From a virus (Duplodnaviria > Caudoviricetes), in IMG/VR virus record IMGVR_UViG_3300037424_001012, positions 1 to 50,029 of that record: a stretch of DNA of 50,029 bases, one strand, 5' to 3'. Numbering within the stretch: position 1 is the first letter of the stretch; each line of letters begins with the position of its first letter. This document shows, in pieces, positions 28,296-37,591 of the stretch. Position numbers and translations under genes: made by a program. The notes beneath the pieces were generated by a model, which ran no database searches, was not told where the DNA came from, and saw nothing but the letters and a program-made list of their open reading frames with translations.

Positions 28296-29366
28296 ATGAA
28301 GAAGACATTAACAACCGCAATTATCTCCGTGGGGCTTGTGATTTGCATAGCCTCTTTGGGTTTTCCTGCTCAGCAAATGATCTTATCGGGATTTGGTGTG
28401 TATTGGGAGGATGATAAAGGTAAGATCAACGCAAACTTTACCGAGCTGTATGCCAGGTCGCTAAACTCCAATGCGAATACCATCTGTAACGGGGATACAG
28501 TCTACCTTGATGGTGAGGGTAACTGCGACGATCTATCCCTTTTCTACCAACCTTTACTTACAGATATGGAGGAAACGGATATAAACACTGGAACAAGCAC
28601 AGTAGGTCAGCTTGTATCTGTTGATGACATTCTCTATGCTATCTCTTTATATGGAGGAGCTACAGATTACCAGACTATCGATACTCTGTCCTTGGACGCG
28701 AATATACTCTCTATCTCTCTTGCTAATGATGGTGTAGCTCCCTCTACCATAGACCTATCTCCGTTGGCTGTAGAGCCTGATATAACAGCTCACTTGGCTT
28801 CTGTGGACGATCACCCAGGGTACATGCTGGAAAGCAACATAGGCACCGGAGCTGATATGTACATACAGCTTAACTCCTCTGGAGCTTTGCCCTTCGGTAT
28901 TGGATTGGATGCTCTCTCTGACGTAAGTGGCTTTGGCACCGAGGATACCGTTCTTCATGATAACGGAGATGGTACTTACTCATTCCAGGCTATAAGCCAG
29001 TCTTCCGTCCCTGTCTCGTTCTATGGGAGTCTAGTAGGACCTCAATCAATCTATGATAACGACTCAACCAATCATGCTGTAACTATAGCCAGCAACCTAG
29101 CTAGTGGATTTACCGTGTCTAGGATTACGGTATCCTGCGACGCTGACCCAACCACGGAACCTACTATTACCTTCGCTTACAAAGCTGCTGGCGTGGGGTA
29201 TGGCAGCGCCACAACTATTGAAGCTGTGACTACTTCAGCAGGGGTAGCTACCGTTACCACAGGTTTCGATAACGATACCATACCAGATGGATCTAAAATA
29301 TTTATGACCATATCTGACCCAGACGATGCTTTGAATGAGATTTCCTGGAGCCTGGAGGGTGAATAA
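28296..29366 (+). CDS. acidic beta-rich protein with signal-peptide-like N-terminus
   Basis: MKK plus hydrophobic stretch; KINANFTELY resembles tail-protein N-termini. Confidence 0.7.
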   Translation: MKKTLTTAIISVGLVICIASLGFPAQQMILSGFGVYWEDDKGKINANFTELYARSLNSNANTICNGDTVYLDGEGNCDDLSLFYQPLLTDMEETDINTGTSTVGQLVSVDDILYAISLYGGATDYQTIDTLSLDANILSISLANDGVAPSTIDLSPLAVEPDITAHLASVDDHPGYMLESNIGTGADMYIQLNSSGALPFGIGLDALSDVSGFGTEDTVLHDNGDGTYSFQAISQSSVPVSFYGSLVGPQSIYDNDSTNHAVTIASNLASGFTVSRITVSCDADPTTEPTITFAYKAAGVGYGSATTIEAVTTSAGVATVTTGFDNDTIPDGSKIFMTISDPDDALNEISWSLEGE

Positions 29367-29962
29367 TGTTTAAGAAATTTGTCTATACAACCCTCTGGGT
29401 GTTCTGGCTTGTCCTAACTTTTATCGTATTGCAGGGTAGCCATGTTCAGGTAATACATGTCCCTTCGGGTGGCGCTCCTCCTGCTGGTGGTACTGAGATA
29501 CTCAGGCCCGTATCTGATGTATCAAAGACAGGTATAAGCACTTCTTCAGGTACATCCGATAGATGGACTATGGTCGATGAATCAGTGAGTGACGGTGATA
29601 CCACTTTCATCTACGCTGAAGATAGGAACCTGTACTATCGGGCTGGCATGGAAACTACATCTTTAACCACGGAGACAATTACTAGTGTCACCCTTAAAGC
29701 TATTGTTCGCTGTGGTGTAGGCGATAGTACTGTCATGGGTATCACCACAAGGAAGATATCTACTTCAACAAGCTATTACTATATCCAGGAAACAGTAGGC
29801 TCCTCGTATACCGAGATATCCGAAACCTGGACTACCAACCCAAGCACAAGCTCAGCTTGGGTTCCAAGCGATATAGCTGGTTTCGGATTCGGTGTTTATC
29901 AGACTTCACTTGATCGGACATTTATGTCAACTCAAATTTGGCTGGAGGTTGAATATGAATAA
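29366..29962 (+). CDS. Ser/Thr-rich protein with signal-peptide-like N-terminus
   Basis: MFKK plus hydrophobic stretch. Confidence 0.7.
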   Translation: MFKKFVYTTLWVFWLVLTFIVLQGSHVQVIHVPSGGAPPAGGTEILRPVSDVSKTGISTSSGTSDRWTMVDESVSDGDTTFIYAEDRNLYYRAGMETTSLTTETITSVTLKAIVRCGVGDSTVMGITTRKISTSTSYYYIQETVGSSYTEISETWTTNPSTSSAWVPSDIAGFGFGVYQTSLDRTFMSTQIWLEVEYE

Positions 29963-31259
29963 GATCTTTAATGCGATTTTCGCAACTCTTCTTGTATTTA
30001 TGCTATCTGCATATGCTTTTGGGGCACCGGATATCTCTGAGGTATCAGGGTCTATCTCTACGGGGGACTCTACCGTTATCAGTGGTTCAGATTTCGGTAC
30101 TAAATCTCCCGCAGCTCCAATGCTTTTCGATAACTTCAACAGTGGATCTTCTGGCTCTTATATAATAGACTCCCCTAACTGGACTGCATACTCTGGTTCA
30201 GGTGCTACCTACTCATCCACATCTCCATACGGTGGTACTGGTTACTGCGCCCATAACTCGGTAATTGGCACTTCAGGAGAGTTCCGTACCAATTACTACA
30301 CCTTCTCTGGAAAGGACGAGCTATACTATACGTACCAGAATAGGTATACCGGGACTGGTGCAGCGGCAAGGGTGTACAAGAATGGCCGGATGAACACTGG
30401 ATCAAACAGGTATAGCGGGGATGGTATGCTTGCTATCTCCGATAACTATATATTCTATCGCCCAGGCAGTACCAGTGTTTACCCTGATGGGCGGCATTTT
30501 ACAGTAGCCAACTTGGGTAGCAGTTCTTGGCAGAGATATGAGATGTATGGTAAATTCTCTTCTCCAGCAGGATCAACCAACGGAACTATATGGGTCCAGG
30601 TAGCGAATGAGAAGAAAACTTACTCACCTATAGTCTACAGACAGAGCGGTTATTCTTTCCAATATACGTCCATCCTTCTCGGCCTGATGATGGCCAATAC
30701 CTTATCCAGTGACTACCATTACATGTATGTCGATGATGTCTATGTCGATAGTACTCAAGCCAGGGTAGAGCTGTGCTCAGGGTCCACATGGTCAAACAAA
30801 GGGCATTGCGCTATACAGATTCCTTCAGCCTGGTCCAGCACATCAATTACCATAACCGGCAACGAAGGAGCTTTAGATGATAATGCTTATCTTTATGTTA
30901 TTGACAGTACAGGTTCAGTAAGCCCTGCTTACCCTGTTCTACTGGGAGAGACAGGCGAAACATACTTCACCTGCTACCTTGATGCCGATGGTGATGATTA
31001 CGGAACAGGAGACAGCGAGTATGTTACAGCTTGCTCAACAGATTATTACATAGCTTCTGCTCTTATCAGTACGGCAGGGGATTGTAACGATGCGGATGCC
31101 CTTATTAACCCCAGTGCCGAAGAGATCTGCGGGAATGCTGTGGATGAGAACTGCGATACCATAGCTGAAGACTGCGGCCCTACCACCTTACTTGAGACTG
31201 TAGTTGGTCAAGGCACAACAACTATAATGGCAGGAACCACAACTATTACAGTGGACTAA
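29955..31259 (+). CDS. secreted-type beta-rich protein with C-terminal MopE-related Cys/Asp motif
   Basis: GGAGG RBS before the ATG at 29955; MNK-hydrophobic-AYA signal peptide; DCNDADALINPSAEEICGNAVDENCD. Confidence 0.75.
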   Translation: MNKIFNAIFATLLVFMLSAYAFGAPDISEVSGSISTGDSTVISGSDFGTKSPAAPMLFDNFNSGSSGSYIIDSPNWTAYSGSGATYSSTSPYGGTGYCAHNSVIGTSGEFRTNYYTFSGKDELYYTYQNRYTGTGAAARVYKNGRMNTGSNRYSGDGMLAISDNYIFYRPGSTSVYPDGRHFTVANLGSSSWQRYEMYGKFSSPAGSTNGTIWVQVANEKKTYSPIVYRQSGYSFQYTSILLGLMMANTLSSDYHYMYVDDVYVDSTQARVELCSGSTWSNKGHCAIQIPSAWSSTSITITGNEGALDDNAYLYVIDSTGSVSPAYPVLLGETGETYFTCYLDADGDDYGTGDSEYVTACSTDYYIASALISTAGDCNDADALINPSAEEICGNAVDENCDTIAEDCGPTTLLETVVGQGTTTIMAGTTTITVD

Positions 31260-31388
31260 TAGGATGTACGAGCCAGGGCAAAAGAAGGATAGGAGGGCAA
31301 TGTTTAAGGTGACCTTGAGTTTTGACAGAATCAGGAGTATCTTTAAGCATATCATAAATTTTCTTCAAAAACATTCTGGGTGACTACT

Positions 31389-31616
31389 ATGGAAAAACTT
31401 ATCAGTATTTGGGAATGGCTTAACTATAAGAAAGTAGTAATAGGGTCTTTGATGCTGCTGGTTGCTCAAGCTTTGAAGCTCCTTGAGTTTCCTGAGTATG
31501 CTGCTATTATAGAGCAGATTGCAACTATCATAAACGGTACAGGTGGTGTGGTAACCACAGTGGGCTTACTGCATAAACTTGAGAAAGTTTTCTCGAAACC
31601 AAAGATAAAGCAGTAA
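31389..31616 (+). CDS. putative holin
   Basis: Two hydrophobic segments and a basic C-terminus; directly upstream of the endolysin. Confidence 0.6.
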   Translation: MEKLISIWEWLNYKKVVIGSLMLLVAQALKLLEFPEYAAIIEQIATIINGTGGVVTTVGLLHKLEKVFSKPKIKQ

Positions 31617-31629
31617 GGGGGTAACTCAG

Positions 31630-31968
31630 ATGGTGACTAGAAGCGATATGGCCTGTAAGTGTGGATGTGGTTTTGATACCTTCGATTATGAGTTGAGGGA
31701 TGTTATACACGGAGCTGAAGTTCACTTTGGTTTGCCAGTTACCGTTATAAGCGGATGCAGGTGCCCCAAGCATAACGCTGAAGTAAATAATAGCTCTCCC
31801 AGATCACAGCATATAAATGGAAGAGCTGCCGATATGTGTATGGCTGGCATATCAGCGCAACAACTCGGACAGTATTTCCTTGATAAGTATCCGGATAAGT
31901 TCGGTATACATGCTTATGAAAATTCAGTCCATGTAGATACAAAAAGTGGGAAAGCTAGAAGATGGTAA
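31630..31968 (+). CDS. endolysin, peptidase M15 family
   Basis: CKCGCG, SGCRCPKHN, SQHINGRAAD and HVD Zn-peptidase motifs. Confidence 0.88.
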   Translation: MVTRSDMACKCGCGFDTFDYELRDVIHGAEVHFGLPVTVISGCRCPKHNAEVNNSSPRSQHINGRAADMCMAGISAQQLGQYFLDKYPDKFGIHAYENSVHVDTKSGKARRW

Positions 31969-31995
31969 CAAATCGCTTCTGAGAAGGAGAATATC

Positions 31996-33036
31996 ATGGC
32001 TGAAATAGACCCTATAACTGGATTACCAACAAGCACAAGTGAGCAGGTACAAGCATTAGGAGGAGGAAAGAACGTGCAAGTGGATTCTTCCCTCAATAAC
32101 TATGGCCCTGATGCTATGTCTAATTATAGTACTCCTCCTGACGACTTAGGTCGTGGAGATCTTACCGCAGCTTTGAAGGGTAGTGCTGAAGATAAGACAG
32201 CCGCTCTTATGGATGCTACTGAAGATGTCAACTCGAATCTTGCCCCTTATCAACAGCCAGGTGAATCGGAGCTTAACACTATAAAAGGGTACGATGAGTA
32301 CTACGATCCCTCTATGCTTGTGTCTACTCAGCTGAGCAAGCTTATCGACCCTGAGAGTGAGTATATGAAGGCTGTAGATATTCGCTCCAGAGAAGAATCC
32401 AATAAGTATGGTGGTCTTGGATCTGCTCAGGCTATAGGAGCTGGTCGAAGGAATGCTATAGAGGCTGCTCTTCCTATCGCTCAAGGTGATGCAGATGTAA
32501 AAACTCGCTTTGGCTTGCAGGAACAAGCTGCTGCCAATGAAGTGAATAAGCTTACAGCCGAAACAGCCTTGGGTTCTGCTTTGATGGTTCAGAGAATGGC
32601 GCTGGAGAATCAACAGAAATCCCTTGATAACGCTTTCCAACTCGCTTCTTTATCTTTGGATCAAGAGGGGCAGCTTGCTCTTACCGATCTATCTGCCAGG
32701 TGGAAGATGGTCGCTGATGAAGCGAATATGAACCTTGAGGCTGCATTACAGCAGAAGCTCACTCAGCATAAGATAGATGCTGAAATGGTTGCTTCAGTCA
32801 AAAAGTCTGCTGGAGATATGATCCAGAGTTACCAGATATCCGTAGAAGAGCTTTTGAAAGATCCTGACTTCCTTCAGCTAGGGGGTTCTGCTATATCTAA
32901 AACCATCAACAATATGCTTAAGACAACGGTAGCCGGTATCCAGTTCATGGCAGATAGCTCAGGTATAAACTTGGATGACTACCTTGATGACTTCGAGAAG
33001 AATGCCCGTATGGGTGTAACGATACCGGAGCCTTAA
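31996..33036 (+). CDS. putative internal virion protein
   Basis: Helical, A/Q/L-rich; position in the ejection module. Confidence 0.55.
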   Translation: MAEIDPITGLPTSTSEQVQALGGGKNVQVDSSLNNYGPDAMSNYSTPPDDLGRGDLTAALKGSAEDKTAALMDATEDVNSNLAPYQQPGESELNTIKGYDEYYDPSMLVSTQLSKLIDPESEYMKAVDIRSREESNKYGGLGSAQAIGAGRRNAIEAALPIAQGDADVKTRFGLQEQAAANEVNKLTAETALGSALMVQRMALENQQKSLDNAFQLASLSLDQEGQLALTDLSARWKMVADEANMNLEAALQQKLTQHKIDAEMVASVKKSAGDMIQSYQISVEELLKDPDFLQLGGSAISKTINNMLKTTVAGIQFMADSSGINLDDYLDDFEKNARMGVTIPEP

Positions 33037-33041
33037 CCACA

Positions 33042-33446
33042 ATGAGAGTAGCTAAGTATAACGATCTAAGTATTCTCCTTACCTTGGATGAGGAGGGAGA
33101 GTTTGCCGATGGTATCTACGGCTCAGTGAGATCCGGTAAGATTATCGCTATCGTAAACGATACCGACGATGCAGCTATACTATTTGATTCAGTTACTTCG
33201 GGCGTATTATCTGCTCATATAATCAGTAAGAGGTCCTTCAGGGGTAAGAAGCTGAAGGACTTCTCGTATGAAGCTGTTAGGTATATGGTCGATACTGGTT
33301 ATCTCAAAAACCTTATCCTCTTTGTTAGAGATAAAGACAAGAGGTTGAAAATGTTCTTGGCGCTATTTAAATTAAAGCCTACTGTTACCGTAGGTGAATA
33401 TGTTATGTACAATGTAGATAGTCAAGCTATCTTGAACTGGAGGTAA
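33042..33446 (+). CDS. hypothetical protein, possibly GNAT-like virion assembly factor
   Basis: HIISKRSFRGK resembles GNAT motif A; occupies the usual podoviral slot before the ejection genes. Confidence 0.45.
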   Translation: MRVAKYNDLSILLTLDEEGEFADGIYGSVRSGKIIAIVNDTDDAAILFDSVTSGVLSAHIISKRSFRGKKLKDFSYEAVRYMVDTGYLKNLILFVRDKDKRLKMFLALFKLKPTVTVGEYVMYNVDSQAILNWR

Positions 33447-33448
33447 TT

Positions 33449-34321
33449 ATGGGAGCAGCAGCACCTTTTTTAATTGGATTGGGAAAAGCTATTCTGGTAG
33501 GTGCAGCTATAGGAGCCGTGGTCGGTGGCCTTGCAGCAGCTATTACCGGAGGCGATATAGGTAAAGGAATCCTCACCGGGGCCATAGGTGGCGCTGTATC
33601 CGGAGCTATCTTCTATGGTGTGACTGTCGGAATATCCGCTGTTTCCTCTGCTGGATCTGGGGTAAGCTCTGCTTCTGAAGCTACTGCTTACGGGAGCTAT
33701 AGCGGTGGAGAATATGGCGGTGCAAGTGGGGCTGGCAGTGCCGGTGGTGCTGGTGGTGGAGCCGGGGGAGCTGGTGGTGGAGCCGGGGAAGGAGGGTTTT
33801 TCTCTGACTTGTGGGGTAGCATGAAAACTGAATTTTCCGGAACCTTAGGCCAACAGGCTGTATCCGGTGCTATCCAAGGAGCCACAAACATTTATGCTGT
33901 CAACAAACAAGCTGATGCTACAAGTGAGCTTCAGGATAAAGCCCATCAACAGAACCTCGAAGCCATGGCTCAGGCAAACCAGGAAGCCATGGATAGAATG
34001 AAGCTTCAAGCTGAACTTGGTTTAGGTGGCGGTGGTGGAGGTGGTGGACTCAGTCTCGAAGACCAGATTGCTCTTGCCAAGGAAGAGAGAGAAACTATCC
34101 TTGCTAAGGTCGATGCTGAGTTAAATGCTCAGAAGCAACTCAAAGAGCAAGACTTCGCTGGAATGGCTGCTTCCAGAGAAAGAGCTGCCGCTGGAGCTGG
34201 AGGTACAGTAGTAGGTGGGGGGGATTCTACTCCCCGGTTGAGATCCAGATCCCAGAAGACTATCGTGGATTTTCGAGACGATCTTCGAAACGAAAGCACA
34301 GCTCTTAGGGGTACAGCATAA
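33449..34321 (+). CDS. putative DNA ejection/pilot protein
   Basis: Gly/Ala-rich hydrophobic (glycine-zipper) N-terminus and coiled-coil C-terminus. Confidence 0.6.
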   Translation: MGAAAPFLIGLGKAILVGAAIGAVVGGLAAAITGGDIGKGILTGAIGGAVSGAIFYGVTVGISAVSSAGSGVSSASEATAYGSYSGGEYGGASGAGSAGGAGGGAGGAGGGAGEGGFFSDLWGSMKTEFSGTLGQQAVSGAIQGATNIYAVNKQADATSELQDKAHQQNLEAMAQANQEAMDRMKLQAELGLGGGGGGGGLSLEDQIALAKEERETILAKVDAELNAQKQLKEQDFAGMAASRERAAAGAGGTVVGGGDSTPRLRSRSQKTIVDFRDDLRNESTALRGTA

Positions 34322-35400
34322 TGGCATCTTTCAATCCATATAGCGTAAGGGACGCTAGGGCATTAAGAGGGGCTACAAGGAATGACCCCTCTGAAGCTAC
34401 AGCAGGGGGTCTAGGTCGTATCGAGAGGCAAGCTAGGATATCTCCGAGGGACAGTTACCACTACAGGGATGAGTACGGTACTTCTCTCTCAGATGAAGCT
34501 TATGGTGCTGTAAAAAAGAATGAGGAAGAATTCTCTGAATACGAAAAGAACAGGAGAGCAGAGATAGCGAAAGCTCTCGATGATCTTAAAAGCCAAAGCG
34601 CTGAAGCTAGGAATCAGCTTGATTCCTCCTATAACTCAGCTTTAGGTAAACTCCCTGGCCTCAAAGATCCAAATAGTGAGTTTAATAAGTGGAAAGGTTC
34701 ATGGGTTAGGTTCGAAATCAAATCAGGTATAGGAGACTCAATAGTTATTCCTGGTGGAGATGGTGCTGAAGGGCAAGAACACCCCTTGAACTACACAAGG
34801 GAGGTGTGGGTGCCTTCAGAAGCTGCCGGTAAATATGCAGAGCATGTAAACAAAGACCCCTATACCAAAGTGGAGGGTACCACAATTACTGTGGTTGAAC
34901 CGAAGATGTCTCTATTCCTTGGCCCTCAGCAATCGAAGTTTAGAGTAGAGAAATCAGCAGCAAACGCCGCTAATGTTGCAAATGCAGTCGGTACAGAAGC
35001 TTCTACTATGTGGTGGAAGAATGCTTTACCCCAGATTGAGCAGTATAATCAAAGCGTATACAGTGCGAAGGGTTCGGCAAACAAAGCCTATGACGAGCAA
35101 CTGAAGAAGCTACAGAGCGAGGTAGCTGCCGCTGAAGGACAAGGCCAGGGATACCTTCAGGGTCTTGAGGCTGAGATAGAGTCCCGTAAGAAGGATCTAC
35201 TTGATATACGGAAGAACTACCAGAGCAGGTTGGATAGGATAGCTCAGTCCCTTGGTATAGATAGATCCGCAGGTGGAAGTGGGGATCTTACGGTAGGTTC
35301 CGGAGAGAGAGTCAGATCCTCCTCCCCCAAGCAACCAGTCAGACAAATTGACCCTATAACGGGATCAGCATTGGCTGGTCCTATAGCTTCTCAAAGGTAA
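34321..35400 (+). CDS. putative internal virion protein
   Basis: 359 aa, coiled coils; synteny. Confidence 0.55.
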   Translation: MASFNPYSVRDARALRGATRNDPSEATAGGLGRIERQARISPRDSYHYRDEYGTSLSDEAYGAVKKNEEEFSEYEKNRRAEIAKALDDLKSQSAEARNQLDSSYNSALGKLPGLKDPNSEFNKWKGSWVRFEIKSGIGDSIVIPGGDGAEGQEHPLNYTREVWVPSEAAGKYAEHVNKDPYTKVEGTTITVVEPKMSLFLGPQQSKFRVEKSAANAANVANAVGTEASTMWWKNALPQIEQYNQSVYSAKGSANKAYDEQLKKLQSEVAAAEGQGQGYLQGLEAEIESRKKDLLDIRKNYQSRLDRIAQSLGIDRSAGGSGDLTVGSGERVRSSSPKQPVRQIDPITGSALAGPIASQR

Positions 35401-35410
35401 GGTGGTAACT

Positions 35411-36151
35411 ATGGGCGCTATCGGTAAGATGCAGAAAAAAGTTGAAAAGAATAATACAGCTCTTCGAGGAGACAGGGGTACTATCGGCCTGGCTACTCAA
35501 GCTGGAGATCCAGAACAGAAAGGCAAGATCCCCCCTGGACTTCAACGTCAGATCGATGATATCACAGCCATGGCCATGCATATGATTCACTCCGACGATA
35601 CGAAGCAGTCTGTGCTGAACATGCTCAAATCCCACGAAGAGCCTGAAGCTGCCATTCCTCCTACGGCAAACTACATTATGAACCGTATAGAGGCATCCGC
35701 GAACAAACGCAGAACAAAGATAGGTAACGATATTAAGCTTGCTGCTGCCCAGTATATCGTTACGGATCTAGCTATACTTGGTAAGAAAGCTGGCATATGG
35801 GAGAGCGATATAGAGTCTGAAGAGGAGTTAGGTAATGTCCTCAAAGATACCATGCAGACGTATATACGCAAGGGCCTTAAGGATAAAACAATCGACCCCA
35901 TTCAGCTTCAGCAAGAAGCTGAAGGCTTACTCTCTCCTGAGCAGCGAGAGAGCGGTATATCTATGGGTCAAGAGTTTGGGGTACCTCCGGAACCAACTAC
36001 TGGTATGGCTGTCAGGAGCTACGCAGATAAAGCAGTTCAAGGGGAGAGATCTAAGAACGCTGAGCTTCAAGCCAAGTTACAACAGATGCAGCAATCGCAA
36101 CAACCCCAGGGACAGCAAGGTCAGCAGGGACAACCTGAGCCTCAAAAGTAA
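35411..36151 (+). CDS. hypothetical virion-module protein
   Basis: Helical with a Q-rich tail; AAGGTGG RBS. Confidence 0.6.
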   Translation: MGAIGKMQKKVEKNNTALRGDRGTIGLATQAGDPEQKGKIPPGLQRQIDDITAMAMHMIHSDDTKQSVLNMLKSHEEPEAAIPPTANYIMNRIEASANKRRTKIGNDIKLAAAQYIVTDLAILGKKAGIWESDIESEEELGNVLKDTMQTYIRKGLKDKTIDPIQLQQEAEGLLSPEQRESGISMGQEFGVPPEPTTGMAVRSYADKAVQGERSKNAELQAKLQQMQQSQQPQGQQGQQGQPEPQK

Positions 36152-36203
36152 GTTAAAATCTTTATACTAAATTGACTAAATCGCTTCTGAGAAGGGAAAT
36201 AAA

Positions 36204-37580
36204 ATGGCTACTAAATATCAAGAGACTGGTGGTTGGGGTGGAATCTTCCTTTCTGGTTTAACGGCTTTGGCTGGTATAGCTACCGACAATGATTATGCGG
36301 TAGGTGCTGCTGGTGGTGCAGCTTCCCAGTACCAAGACTACTACCAGAAATTTAATGATTCTATGATCGAGGAGTCCAGAAACGAAAGACTGGCTGAAGC
36401 TCAATTCATGCGACAGAAAAACCTTGCAACCTTCACGCACGAATTAGGCGCTGAAGACAGAGAGAGAACCTATGGCTTCCAGGATAGACAAATCAAGGCT
36501 ACCGAGCGGAATACTGATTCCATTATAGAGTCCCGCGAAGCTTCTATAAAGGATGCTGAGGCTGGCAGAGGCTTGCAGCAACAGCAAATCGATCTTCAAG
36601 GGGATCAACTTGATATCATGCGGCAAGGTCAGGAGTACGACAAAGATTACAAAGAAAAATCCCTTGGTATCCAATCCCAATCTTTGGGTATCCATCGGAT
36701 GGAAGCAATGTCAAGAGCAAATCTTGTGAGCGCCCAGATCCAGGAGATGAAGGATCTTAAAGGGGAGAGAGCGGCAGATAGGCTCCTAAAGCAAGAGCTT
36801 AACAGTGTAGCTATGGAGCACACCAAGGCTATCACAGAAGGGCTTAACCTTTCCAACAAGGAAGCAAAGAACCTACAAGATCCAGCATACCGCAGAGAGC
36901 TTATGCGCGAAGGTGTAGATCTTCAGGTGCATCAAATGGAGCTTCTTAAGAAGTTTGAGAAAGATTTTAATAAAAGAGATATAGTCGAGCTTGAGGCTAC
37001 TCTTCGAGAGAGTAATATGCCTGAGAGTTACATAAACATTATCAAAATCAGCAAGCTTACTGGTATCAACTTCCTCAGCTCTCTCACGAAAGGTAAGCCT
37101 GTCTCAGGGGAATCCTTAGAAAAGGTGTACTCCAAAGCTGTAGATCTATATAAGGATTCACAAGCTTACACAGATACTGTGGAAAATCCAGAACTTGGTG
37201 AAGCTCAAGCAATGGTTAATGCGCAAAAAGCTGGTTTTCTTGCCGCCAATCTTTTTGCTCAGCAATTCGGCCAGGCTCAAATCGATCTGTTTGAGGAGCC
37301 TAAACCAAATCAAAATCCAGGACCCAATACTCAACAGGGTTTCAATGTAAAGAATATAGCTCAGGATCTCAAAGTCGGAGCTGTAACGGTAGGAGAGTTA
37401 AAAGCATCTGCCGGTAGCGACCCAGTGAAGCTTAAGGTTATAAGAGAAGCCATGAGAATTGCCGGTATTCCTGAGCCTGGTGAGATCCCAGAAGATATGG
37501 AGGCTGTACCTTCACATCAAGCTTTAAGAGGACCCCTAGGTGTAGGGTCGCAGAGTCTGCAAGATAGAGTTCTTCAATAA
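36204..37580 (+). CDS. putative ejection protein
   Basis: Hydrophobic Gly/Ala N-terminus and long coiled coil. Confidence 0.55.
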   Translation: MATKYQETGGWGGIFLSGLTALAGIATDNDYAVGAAGGAASQYQDYYQKFNDSMIEESRNERLAEAQFMRQKNLATFTHELGAEDRERTYGFQDRQIKATERNTDSIIESREASIKDAEAGRGLQQQQIDLQGDQLDIMRQGQEYDKDYKEKSLGIQSQSLGIHRMEAMSRANLVSAQIQEMKDLKGERAADRLLKQELNSVAMEHTKAITEGLNLSNKEAKNLQDPAYRRELMREGVDLQVHQMELLKKFEKDFNKRDIVELEATLRESNMPESYINIIKISKLTGINFLSSLTKGKPVSGESLEKVYSKAVDLYKDSQAYTDTVENPELGEAQAMVNAQKAGFLAANLFAQQFGQAQIDLFEEPKPNQNPGPNTQQGFNVKNIAQDLKVGAVTVGELKASAGSDPVKLKVIREAMRIAGIPEPGEIPEDMEAVPSHQALRGPLGVGSQSLQDRVLQ

Positions 37581-37591
37581 AGGAGATAATT

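Noticed and set aside
26429-31259. Diversity-generating retroelement acting on tail genes
   Set aside because: No reverse transcriptase and no template/variable repeat pair were seen.
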